From positions 1-64,000 of the forward strand of contig JBMORE010000149.1 of the NCBI GenBank assembly GCA_049322255.1: 64,000 bases of DNA. Direction: 5' to 3'. The notes below the pieces were generated by a model. It saw nothing but the letters and a program-made list of their open reading frames with translations. It had not been told where the DNA came from and made no database searches. The stretch comes from Myxococcota bacterium. Lineage in GTDB: Bacteria; Myxococcota; Myxococcia; Myxococcales; Myxococcaceae. Both the position numbers and the translations under genes were made by a program. How positions within the stretch are numbered: position 1 is the first letter of the stretch; each line of letters begins with the position of its first letter. Shown here one piece after another: positions 9,641 through 17,950 of this stretch.

Positions 9641-10462
9641 GTGAGAATCCGGCGAGGCAAGCTCATCCCCCGCGACGACGGTAAGCGCATTGAAGAGTTG
9701 GTGGGAGCGGCCACCACTGGCACCCGGAGCGTTTCGGTGGCACGAATGCTGGCTCCACCAGGCTGGTCCGAGCCGGCCCAGCGCCCCGACTTCGACGAGG
9801 TGGTGGTGGTGCTCACCGGGGTGCTGACGCTGGTGGTGAACGGCCGCCCCGAGCACATCGGCGCCGGCGAAGCGGGTTTCGTCTCAAGGCGCTCGAGGGT
9901 GGTCTACCGCAACGAACAGCACGTGGCGTGTGACTACATCTCCGTGTGCGCCCCGGCCTTTCGCCCCAAGCTCGCCCGCATGGAAAAGGCACCTCCCTCA
10001 CAGCCGAAGAACCAGGTCGAGGTGCGCGCAGCCCACCCGGGAGCCAAGACGCATGCGGCTCGGTTGCGCAAACAGGCGGAGGGTTTTCTGTACACCTTGG
10101 GGATTGGGGGCTGCGAGCTCTCCGTGTCGCTGGTGGGCGACCGCGCCATTCGCCTGCTCAATCGTGTGTGGCGCCACAAAGACAAGACCACCGACGTCTT
10201 GAGCTTCTCCACCGGGAGCGTGCCGCGCGGTGCTCCTGGCCCGCGCCCGCTGGGCGACATCGTCATCTCCCTGCCCACGGCCCAACGGGCGGCGAAAGAG
10301 AGCCGCCGGCCGCTGGAGGAGGAGTTGGCGCGGTACTTGGCGCATGGACTGCTGCACTTGCTCGGGTATGACCACCACCGGCGGGCCGACGCGAAGCAGA
10401 TGTCGGGCCTAGAACGCAAGCTCCTGGGCAAACGAGGGATGATTTCCCACCACGTGGCTTGA
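9641..10462 (+). CDS. ybeY: rRNA maturation endoribonuclease YbeY with N-terminal cupin domain
   Basis: LNRVWRHKDKTTDVLSF, LGDIVIS, HGLLHLLGYDH; the first ~115 aa are cupin-like (WSEPAQRPDFDEVVVVLTG). Confidence 0.9.
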   Translation: MRIRRGKLIPRDDGKRIEELVGAATTGTRSVSVARMLAPPGWSEPAQRPDFDEVVVVLTGVLTLVVNGRPEHIGAGEAGFVSRRSRVVYRNEQHVACDYISVCAPAFRPKLARMEKAPPSQPKNQVEVRAAHPGAKTHAARLRKQAEGFLYTLGIGGCELSVSLVGDRAIRLLNRVWRHKDKTTDVLSFSTGSVPRGAPGPRPLGDIVISLPTAQRAAKESRRPLEEELARYLAHGLLHLLGYDHHRRADAKQMSGLERKLLGKRGMISHHVA

Positions 10463-10497
10463 CTCGCCTTCCCCCGTGGCGGGAGGCTTTCAGGCCT

Positions 10498-11070
10498 ATG
10501 AGCCAACTGCCCCTCGACCTCGACAAGGAAGCGATTCAGCTCGACGGCACCTGGTACACCCGTGAAGAGCTGGCTCGCCGCATCAAGTCGATGCTCGACG
10601 GCGGGGACTTCGCTATTGGTAAGCCCAGCCAGGCCCTCGAGCAGTTGACCACGGTGCTCGCTTCTATTCGCACCGTGACCTTCCGCGCCACGGCGGAGAT
10701 CGCCGAGGCGTTGAACGCTGCCGCCAGCCGTCAGGGCGTGACCGTCGCTGCGGTCATTCGCGAGGCGCTCGCTAAGCACCTCTCCCTTTCGGCGCTGGAG
10801 ACGGGCCCCAAGCGCCCAGCGATGGCCTCTGGCACGTCCTTGGAAACCGTGGGCGGCGCCCCAGCCTCTTCGCATCCGGCCGCGACACCCGCGTTCGTTC
10901 CTGGGCCGGGGGCGCTGCGCTCCACTGGCGGCGAGCCCGCGCCTTCAGTGGTGGTCGACCAGTCCATCGTCACTGAGGAAGCCTCGCCTGAAGATGCCGC
11001 GGGCGCGGTCAACCTCACCGCCAAGAAGAAGGAGGAGGAGGCGGTCGAGCGAAGGTGGTTCGGGGGCTGA
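10498..11070 (+). CDS. Ribbon-helix-helix (CopG-like) domain protein
   Basis: ATG 10498 after GGAGG; RTVTFRATAEIAEALNAAASRQGVTVAAVIREAL fits an RHH pattern; disordered C-terminus. Confidence 0.65.
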   Translation: MSQLPLDLDKEAIQLDGTWYTREELARRIKSMLDGGDFAIGKPSQALEQLTTVLASIRTVTFRATAEIAEALNAAASRQGVTVAAVIREALAKHLSLSALETGPKRPAMASGTSLETVGGAPASSHPAATPAFVPGPGALRSTGGEPAPSVVVDQSIVTEEASPEDAAGAVNLTAKKKEEEAVERRWFGG

Positions 11071-11100
11071 AAGGCCAAGGCATTCGGGCGCTCGCGCCGG

Positions 11101-12387
11101 TTGTTCCTTGGGGACGACGTGCTACGTAGGGCGCCCGTGCTTCGCTGGTCTTTCCTGCTGGGTTTGGTCCTGTGCCTCGTCGGGAGGGCGGCTTTCGCAT
11201 CCCTTCCGCCGTGGGCCACGGGCGAGAGCCACGGTGAGGACTTGGTCGTCTCCTTGGCGACCTTCGGGCCGGGCGACGATGTCGCCTCCTGGTTTGGTCA
11301 CACCGCCCTGGTGGTGGAAGACCGCCGGCTCAACCACGCCCGCCTCTACAACTACGGGATGTTCAAGTTCGATGAGACGATGCTCGCCCGCTTCGCGATG
11401 GGTCGCTTGACCTTCTGGGTGGGCGAAGACGGGGTGATGTCGACCTTGCGCTTCTACCAATACCTCGACAGGGACGTCCGCATTCAGGAGCTGAACCTCG
11501 TACCTGAGCGGAGGTTGGTCTTGGCCAAAGCGCTGGCAGACAACGTGCTGCCCCAAAACCGCGAGTACCGCTACCACCACTACGACGACAACTGCGCCAC
11601 CCGACCGCGTGACTTGATCGATCGCGTCATCGACGGGCAGCTCAAGCAGGCGACCGGAGGGCCAGCGCGCATGAGCCTGCGCGACCACACGCGCCGCCAC
11701 TCGGCGGTGAGCCCCCCGATGAGCCTCTTGCTCGACTTCTTGATGAACGACGAAATCGACCGGCCGATCACCCAGGCCCAGGAGGCCTTCCTCCCCGAGG
11801 AGCTGGAGAAACAGGTCGCCGCCTTGAGCTACCTCGACGCTACAGGCAAGCCGACGCCCCTGGTCGCCCGGTCATGGACCTACTTCGACGCGGCACGGCC
11901 ACCCCTGCCCAAGACGCCGCCTGCCTACGGACCGTGGATGCTGCTGTTGGGCACCGCGCTGGGCGTCCTTCCTCTCGCCCTCGGCCTGCGCGGGTTGGCT
12001 CGCCGCGGTCCCCGCATCGCCTTTGCTTTGCACAGCGCGCTCGTCGGCCTGGTGTTGGGTTTGCCCGGCCTGGCGCTGTTCATCATGTGGGTGGCGACGG
12101 AGCACACCGTCACTTGGCGCAACGAGAACTTGTTTTTCGCCAACCCCTTTACCTTCGCCGCGCTGCCGCTGGGCATCGCCGCTGCGGTGGGCTCGCAGCG
12201 CGCCAGGCGCTGGCTCTTTTGGCTGTGGAGAGGCCTCGCCGCCGTCGGCCTGCTCGGGTTATGCGTGAAGGTGATTCCGGTGTTCAATCAAGACAATTGG
12301 CGGCTCATCGCCTTGCTCTTGCCCGTTGGCCTTGGGTGCGCAGCAGCGTCCTGGCTGGAGAGGAAGCAGGGAGGCGAGCAGAAGTGA
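11101..12387 (+). CDS. DUF4105 / Lnb-type lipoprotein N-acyltransferase-like membrane protein
   Basis: FGHTAL, YNYGMF, YRYHHYDDNCATR and C-terminal TM helices; exact start uncertain. Confidence 0.8.
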   Translation: MFLGDDVLRRAPVLRWSFLLGLVLCLVGRAAFASLPPWATGESHGEDLVVSLATFGPGDDVASWFGHTALVVEDRRLNHARLYNYGMFKFDETMLARFAMGRLTFWVGEDGVMSTLRFYQYLDRDVRIQELNLVPERRLVLAKALADNVLPQNREYRYHHYDDNCATRPRDLIDRVIDGQLKQATGGPARMSLRDHTRRHSAVSPPMSLLLDFLMNDEIDRPITQAQEAFLPEELEKQVAALSYLDATGKPTPLVARSWTYFDAARPPLPKTPPAYGPWMLLLGTALGVLPLALGLRGLARRGPRIAFALHSALVGLVLGLPGLALFIMWVATEHTVTWRNENLFFANPFTFAALPLGIAAAVGSQRARRWLFWLWRGLAAVGLLGLCVKVIPVFNQDNWRLIALLLPVGLGCAAASWLERKQGGEQK

Positions 12388-12397
12388 GGGAGACATC

Positions 12398-13517
12398 ATG
12401 GCGAACGACGTGAACAGCCGAATCGACGAGATCAAGGCCCGGTTGGCTGGGCTTCGGGGGCATCTTTGACCTCGATCGCAAGCGGTCGCGCATCGCTCTG
12501 ATCGAACGAGACGCCACGCTCCCCAACTTCTGGGCCGACAACACCAAGGCCCAAGCGTTGCTCAAGGAGAAGGCGTCGCTGGAGTCCACCGTCGGCGCCT
12601 TCGAGAAGGCCGAGCGGGGAGTCGACGACGCCCAGGTGCTCTTCGAGCTGGCCGAGGAGGCCAACGATGAGGCCGCCCGCCGGGAGGCCGCCACCACCCT
12701 CGCCTCGCTGGAGGCGGAGGTCGCCAAGCTCGAGCTGGCACGCATGCTCTCGGGTGAGAACGACCGTGCCAACTGCTTCATCGAGATCAATGCCGGCGCC
12801 GGGGGCACCGACTCGATGGATTGGGCACAGATGCTCATGCGCATGTACACCCGGTTCGCGGAAGGCAAAGGCTGGCAGGTGGAGGTGACCGACGTGGTCG
12901 CGGGGGAAGAGGCAGGGGTGAAGAACGCCTCGCTGCACGTCCGCGGAGAGTACGCTTATGGCTACTTGAAAGCGGAAATCGGCGTACACCGGCTGGTGCG
13001 AATCAGCCCTTTCGACGCCAACGCTCGGAGGCAGACGGGTTTCGCCTCGGTCGACGTATGGCCCGAGGTGGACGACGACATCAAGATCGACATTCCCGAG
13101 ACGGACATCGAGCTCAAGTTCATTCGCGGCGGCGGAGCGGGTGGGCAGAAGGTGAACAAAACCTCTTCCACCGCGCAATTGCGCCACCTGCCGACCAACA
13201 TCGTCATCACTTGTCAGACCGAGCGGTCGCAGAGCGCCAACCGGGACATGGCCTTTAAAATCTTGCGCGCCCGCTTGCGGGACTTGGAGCTCAAAAAGCG
13301 CGAGGCCGAGCGTGACGCCGCCGAGGCGCAGAAGATGGACATCGCCTTCGGTTCGCAGATTCGCTCCTACGTGCTCGCGCCCTACCGCATGGTGAAGGAC
13401 CACCGCACCGGAGTGGAGAAAGGCAACGTCGATGCCGTGCTCGACGGTGAGCTCGACGATTTCATCACCGCCAAGCTTCTGGGCGTGAAGAATCCCAATC
13501 GCGCCCTGCCTGAGTAG
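12398..13517 (+). CDS. prfB: Peptide chain release factor 2, programmed +1 frameshift
   Basis: ATG 12398 gives MANDVNSRIDEIKARLAGLRGHL, then CTT-TGA-C (12464-12470); the +1 frame continues DLDRKRS... with SPF and GGQ motifs. Confidence 0.97.
12455..12470 (+). other. prfB +1 frameshift site (internal SD-like CGGGGG, 3-nt spacer, CTTTGAC)
   Basis: CGGGGG-CAT-CTT-TGA-C matches the established RF2 autoregulatory cassette. Confidence 0.93.
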
Positions 13518-13534
13518 ACAGGGTCGCTCGGTGG

Positions 13535-13793
13535 TGGCGCCCCGCGGTAGCTCGACGACAAACGTTGCTCCTTCACCCAACCGGCTCATCACGCGAATCG
13601 ACTCGCCCATGGCCTCTACGAGCTGATGGACGATCCACAGACCGAGTCCGAGCCCTCCGCCGCGCTTGCCAGCGACCGCCCGCTCGAAACGCTGGAAGAT
13701 CCTCGCGCTGTTTTCCGGCGCCATGCCGGGTCCATGGTCGCGAACCGTGAGCAGGGCGCGCTCCCCCTCTGCTGGGCTCATCGAGTCGTCCAT
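13535..13793 (-). pseudogene. Histidine kinase HATPase_c C-terminal remnant
   Basis: VRDHGPGM (G1), IFQRFER (F box), GGLGLGLWIV (G2), GEGATFVVELP; no H or N box and no own stop (the frame runs antisense through prfB). Confidence 0.75.
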
Positions 13794-13798
13794 CGTCG

Positions 13799-14752
13799 TC
13801 AGGGCCCCGGTGCGGCTATGTGGCGCTCGAGCTCGGCGCGATTCCACCTGGCCAAAGTGGCTCCAGAGACGTAGACGCTGCGGCAGAAGTCGAGCAGCGC
13901 TTCGCGTGGAGAAGGGGCATGGCGCGTGGCCTCGTAGGGAAGGATGAACTCACCGAGCTGAGGCGCGTAGACCGCTGCCTTCGGACGCACAGGTGCGGCG
14001 GAAAAACCAGGCGGTTCGGGGGCGGCGTAGGCGTAGAAGATGGGCTCGTCATGACGAACGCCGGTGGCGGTGACGCCTCCGGGCCAGAAGCCGAAGCTCA
14101 ACACCTCGTGGGAATAGGCCTCGCGGGTGATCGGGTCGGCGCCAGGGCGCTCAGGAGCGCGATGCCCCGAGAAGAGAGTGAGCGCCAAGTCAAAGCTGCC
14201 CCAAAAGAAGTGCACCGGGCTCGCCTTGCCGAGGAATTCTCCTCGGAATTCTTTGAGCACTGCATCGGTGGCGACGAGCACGCGCCAGCAGCGCTGCATC
14301 GCCTCTGGGTCGTAGGAGCGGTGGACGGTGTCGTTCGGGAAGGGGATGGGGTTGGGAATCTCGACGGGCGTTTCATAAATACGAACGTCGACGCCCAACG
14401 CGGAAAGAGCGGCGAAGAGCTCGTGCTCGAAGTCGGCGACGGTGCGCGCAATCAGCGGCAGCGCTCGGGTCGGTCCGCCGCTGGTGCGCACCCGTAGCGT
14501 GTGGTCTACGAAGTCGAAGTCGATCTCGAAGAAATCTTCCCCGTAGGGAATGGGAGAGGTCGTCAGCCCGCGCGACGTCACGTAGAGCGGCACGTGCCAC
14601 CAGTGATTGAGCGGCGGGGTGAGCTTCATGCGGATCTTGCCGACGATCTGCGTCCACAGGTGTACCGTGGCGTACGTGTCGCGCCACTCCGCCAAGGGGA
14701 GTGGTGGCCAAGCGTGCGGATCGTCGAGGGTGTGCTCGTGCATCTGTTGCAT
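13799..14752 (-). CDS. DUF5996 family protein
   Basis: WPPLPLAEWRDT, HLWTQIVGK, NHWWHV, SPVHFFWGSFDLA, EAYSHE, GFWPG. Confidence 0.85.
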   Translation of the reverse strand: MQQMHEHTLDDPHAWPPLPLAEWRDTYATVHLWTQIVGKIRMKLTPPLNHWWHVPLYVTSRGLTTSPIPYGEDFFEIDFDFVDHTLRVRTSGGPTRALPLIARTVADFEHELFAALSALGVDVRIYETPVEIPNPIPFPNDTVHRSYDPEAMQRCWRVLVATDAVLKEFRGEFLGKASPVHFFWGSFDLALTLFSGHRAPERPGADPITREAYSHEVLSFGFWPGGVTATGVRHDEPIFYAYAAPEPPGFSAAPVRPKAAVYAPQLGEFILPYEATRHAPSPREALLDFCRSVYVSGATLARWNRAELERHIAAPGP

Positions 14753-14812
14753 CAGATAGGCACGCCACCTCGCCTAGGGAACCAGTTACCCGGTGGACGG
14801 GTTCCAAGCGCC

Positions 14813-15520
14813 GTGAGAGCAACCTTCTTCGTCGTGCTGTTGTTGAGCTTCGCTGCCGTCGGTGAAGACCGGGTCGCCGAGGCGCGCCAGGCCAAGGGCC
14901 AGGTGATCAAGGATCTCTTCCGTGCCGCCAACCTCGTCTACCCACCAGACGAGCTGTACGTGCGGGCGTTCAAGCATGAGAAAGAGCTCGAGGTGTGGGC
15001 AGGCAAGAAGGGCCAGCCGCTCTCAAAGGTGAAGAGCTACTCCTTCTGCTCGGCATCGGGAGAGCTGGGGCCCAAGCGGCGCTTGGGGGACCTCCAGGTA
15101 CCCGAGGGCTTCTACGTCGTCGACCGCTTCAACCGGCGCAGCAACTTCCTCCTCTCCTTGGGGGTGAGCTACCCCAACGACTCTGATCGACTCTTGGGTG
15201 AGAAGGGTTGGCTGGGGGGTGACATCTTCATACACGGCAGCTGCGTTTCGATCGGCTGCATCGCCATCGAGGACGGGCCTATTCAAGAGGTCTTCGTGAT
15301 GGCCCTCGATACGCGTCAAAGGCGCATTCCCGTTCACATCTTCCCGCGCCGTCTCGACGCCGCCGGCTTTGAGGAGCTCGCCCGCCATCCGCGTGCCAAC
15401 GAGCACCTCCAGTTCTGGAAAGGTTTGCAGCCAGGCTACCTCTACTTCGAGGAAAAACACCGGCCGCCGCGCATGACCGTCGACCCGAAGACCGGTGCCT
15501 ACCGGATTCACAAGGGCTGA
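14813..15520 (+). CDS. YkuD-family L,D-transpeptidase (YafK/DpaA-like), exported
   Basis: GTG start with hydrophobic signal; FKHEKELEVW, GPKRRLGDLQVPEGFY, YPN, catalytic IHGSCVSIGC. Confidence 0.85.
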   Translation: MRATFFVVLLLSFAAVGEDRVAEARQAKGQVIKDLFRAANLVYPPDELYVRAFKHEKELEVWAGKKGQPLSKVKSYSFCSASGELGPKRRLGDLQVPEGFYVVDRFNRRSNFLLSLGVSYPNDSDRLLGEKGWLGGDIFIHGSCVSIGCIAIEDGPIQEVFVMALDTRQRRIPVHIFPRRLDAAGFEELARHPRANEHLQFWKGLQPGYLYFEEKHRPPRMTVDPKTGAYRIHKG

Positions 15521-15985
15521 AAGGAGAGGGTCGGCGTCAACAACCGAAGGGCGATCGTCGGGAAGGCGAGCTCGACCAACCGCCCAGGGTTGATGTGCGC
15601 CGCGGCTTCGACGGGTTGTCTCGACTCGAGGGGCTCGATGTTCTCGCAGAAGAACGTCTTGATGCGGGTTTCAAGGGAGACGTCGAGGTCATCTCGATCC
15701 TATTCGTCGAATAGGATTTCCATGTTGCCGACATCGAACGCGATGTGGGGCCCTTGAAAGAGATGCATTCGGAGTCGCCCCTTCGCGAGTCGTCCGTCTG
15801 GTGAGACCGGCGTCTCTTCGGCGAGACGGGAGCCTCCCAGGTGGTTGGCTAGGCCAGTGCGTAGCTGACCGTCATCACTGAGGATTTTTCTTGGTGAGGG
15901 TCGAAGGCGGCTTGGCCTCGTGTTTGAAAAACCAAGGGCTACTGGGGCGAATGGGTCGCCGCAGAAAAAGCAAAGGAAGTGAATC

Positions 15986-16489
15986 ATGAATGAGAAGAAG
16001 AGCTGTAAGGCTCCCGTCACGGATGCCACCGTGGCGGAGATCGAGACGAGGGTGGAGGCAGCCATCGTGGCGGCCGATCCTGTCGTCGAGGTGCTGGACG
16101 CCGAGGGGCGGCGCACGCAGGCGAAGCCGCGCCCCGGTTGGCACCTACTCGCACCGCTGATTGCAGGTCTAGCGGTGGAGAAAGGGCTCAACATGTCCAT
16201 CTCTGTCGAGGACATGATGAAGTCCTTCGAGGGCGCCGACAAGCTGCGCGGGGTGACGCGGTCGGCGTTCGCCTTGGCGCAGGGGCTCAGTGACACCGTC
16301 TTCCTGTCAGAGTCGAGGGGCTGGCAGGCGCTGACGGGTTACTACTCGGCGCTGTTGGTGATGGCGCGGTTCGACTTGGACCTCAAGGCCAAGCTTCAGC
16401 CCGCCATCGACTTCTTCGCCGTGGGGCCTCGTCGCGGCAATGAAGAAGAGGCGGAGGTCGAGACCCCCGCGCTCAAGTCGGTGGGGTAG
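15986..16489 (+). CDS. Hypothetical protein
   Basis: 167-aa ORF with AAGGAAG RBS, coding-like GC3 and a strong downstream hairpin. Confidence 0.7.
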   Translation: MNEKKSCKAPVTDATVAEIETRVEAAIVAADPVVEVLDAEGRRTQAKPRPGWHLLAPLIAGLAVEKGLNMSISVEDMMKSFEGADKLRGVTRSAFALAQGLSDTVFLSESRGWQALTGYYSALLVMARFDLDLKAKLQPAIDFFAVGPRRGNEEEAEVETPALKSVG

Positions 16490-16501
16490 TCGTGGGGCGG
16501 T

Positions 16502-16533
16502 GAGCCGCGCACGGATCATGACGTGCGCGGCTC
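16502..16533 (+). terminator. 12-bp stem-loop after the 15986 gene
   Basis: GAGCCGCGCACG-N8-CGTGCGCGGCTC; no U-tract. Confidence 0.5.
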
Positions 16534-16618
16534 GCTGCAACGCTGACACCTGTTCGGTCGCGGAGCCACTGACTGCTCGCTTCCGACCGGTGTGGGAGAT
16601 GTAGGTCCAATTCGTGCT

Positions 16619-16646
16619 GGAACCCAAGGCGCTGGAGGTTGTCGAA
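16619..16646 (+). promoter_or_regulatory. Putative ECF (sigmaE/AlgU-like) promoter upstream of the sigma gene
   Basis: GGAACCC-N16-TCGAA resembles GAACTT-N16-TCnnA and ends about 33 nt upstream of the probable GTG start. Confidence 0.5.
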
Positions 16647-16679
16647 GGCATACACTCATCGATTGAAGGAGGGTCTGGG

Positions 16680-17315
16680 GTGTCGAGCGAAGTGCTCGAG
16701 ATTGGGTTGAGCAGCACAGCGCCAGGGCATGACGACCCTGAGGTGATCTCGGAGGCGATGTTGGTCTCCCGGCTGCGCCGAAAAGACCCCACGGCCTTCG
16801 AGCTTTTGGTACGTGCCCACCAAGACCGGGTGTTCGACTTCTGTGTCCGCATGCTGGCCGACCGCGAGGAGGCCCACGACGCCGTGCAGGACATCTTCGT
16901 GAACATTCACCAGAACCTCGAGCGCTTCCGCATGGACGCGAAGCTCTCGACGTGGATTTTCCGCATCTCCAAGAACCATTGTCTCAATCGTCTCAAATAC
17001 TTGAAGCGCCGGGGGCGAGGGCGGTCGGACGAGTTTGGCGAAGTCTCCGAAGGAGTGCTCAACGAGGCCGTGGGTGCTCCGCAAAAGCCAGACGAGGCGC
17101 TCCAGGCGGCCAGGGAGCGTCAGCTGGTGCAGAAAGCGATCGCCCGGCTCGATGAGGACCACCGGGTGCTGGTCGCCTTACGGGACATCGAGGGCCTGTC
17201 GTATGACGAAATCATGGAGATCACCGAGCTGCCGGAGGGCACGGTGAAGAGCCGCCTACATCGGGCGCGCGAGAAGCTGGTAGGTATTTTGGCCGAGCTT
17301 GAGGCCGAGGGTTGA
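16680..17315 (+). CDS. ECF RNA polymerase sigma factor (RpoE-like)
   Basis: AFELLVRAHQ, DAVQDIF, STWIFRI, LRDIEGLSYDEI, GTVKSRLHRAR; GTG 16680 follows AGGAGG. Confidence 0.92.
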   Translation: MSSEVLEIGLSSTAPGHDDPEVISEAMLVSRLRRKDPTAFELLVRAHQDRVFDFCVRMLADREEAHDAVQDIFVNIHQNLERFRMDAKLSTWIFRISKNHCLNRLKYLKRRGRGRSDEFGEVSEGVLNEAVGAPQKPDEALQAARERQLVQKAIARLDEDHRVLVALRDIEGLSYDEIMEITELPEGTVKSRLHRAREKLVGILAELEAEG

Positions 17316-17334
17316 TTTCAAGGAGACTTTGACC

Positions 17335-17688
17335 GTGCACGCGCAGCTGTCACATCGCGAAGCCAAGAGCCTCTTTCTGGCCGCCCTCGACGACGAGCTG
17401 GCCGAGAAGGACGAGGCGCGCTTTCGCCAGCACTTGGATGGGTGCCATGACTGCCGCTCGGGGTACGACCGCTACGCCTTGGTGGTGAAGCGGGTGCAGA
17501 AGGTGGAGAAGGAGAAGGCTCCGCCCACGCTGGCCTCGATGGTGATGCGCCGGGTTCGTCGTAAGCGCCTCTTCGGCCATCGCGGCATTCATTTAGCGCA
17601 CGTCCACTATCGGATACCGGTAGAGGCGATCATTCCGCTACTCATCGGCGCCCTGGTCGCGGCTCTCATCGTGTTGATGGCGCCCTGA
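17335..17688 (+). CDS. Membrane-anchored zf-HC2 anti-sigma factor
   Basis: HLDGCHDC (HxxxCxxC), C-terminal TM, directly downstream of the ECF sigma; AAGGAG RBS. Confidence 0.85.
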   Translation: MHAQLSHREAKSLFLAALDDELAEKDEARFRQHLDGCHDCRSGYDRYALVVKRVQKVEKEKAPPTLASMVMRRVRRKRLFGHRGIHLAHVHYRIPVEAIIPLLIGALVAALIVLMAP

Positions 17689-17691
17689 AGC

Positions 17692-17856
17692 TTATTTGGG
17701 CGTCTCCTTGGTATCGGTGTTGAGCACCCAGCCGGTATTCTGCACGTAGACGTAGGTTGACTGTTTGCCGCAACCGCGCACGCCCCGGCTCCAGCCGCCC
17801 AGGTCGGTGATCTCCAGCTCGGCCTCGCCGCAGTTCATGTCGTAGGCGGCTCGCTT
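17692..17856 (-). pseudogene. 5'-truncated remnant of a small Cys-containing myxobacterial lipoprotein-like gene
   Basis: The minus frame reads KRAAYDMNCGEAELEITDLGGWSRGVRGCGKQSTYVYVQNTGWVLNTDTKETPK*, with high GC3 and an in-frame TGA immediately upstream; absent from the ORF track. Confidence 0.6.
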
Positions 17857-17950
17857 TCACAAGTGACGCCGCAGCCCGTCTACTCTGGACTCTCGTTGCC
17901 TTCAAAGGACTCGTTGACTACGGTGCCGCGCCTTTTCACCAGGCGAGGAC

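Noticed and set aside
12432..13534. 471-aa ORF read as a full-length kinase
   Set aside because: Beyond the short HATPase remnant it is antisense to prfB.
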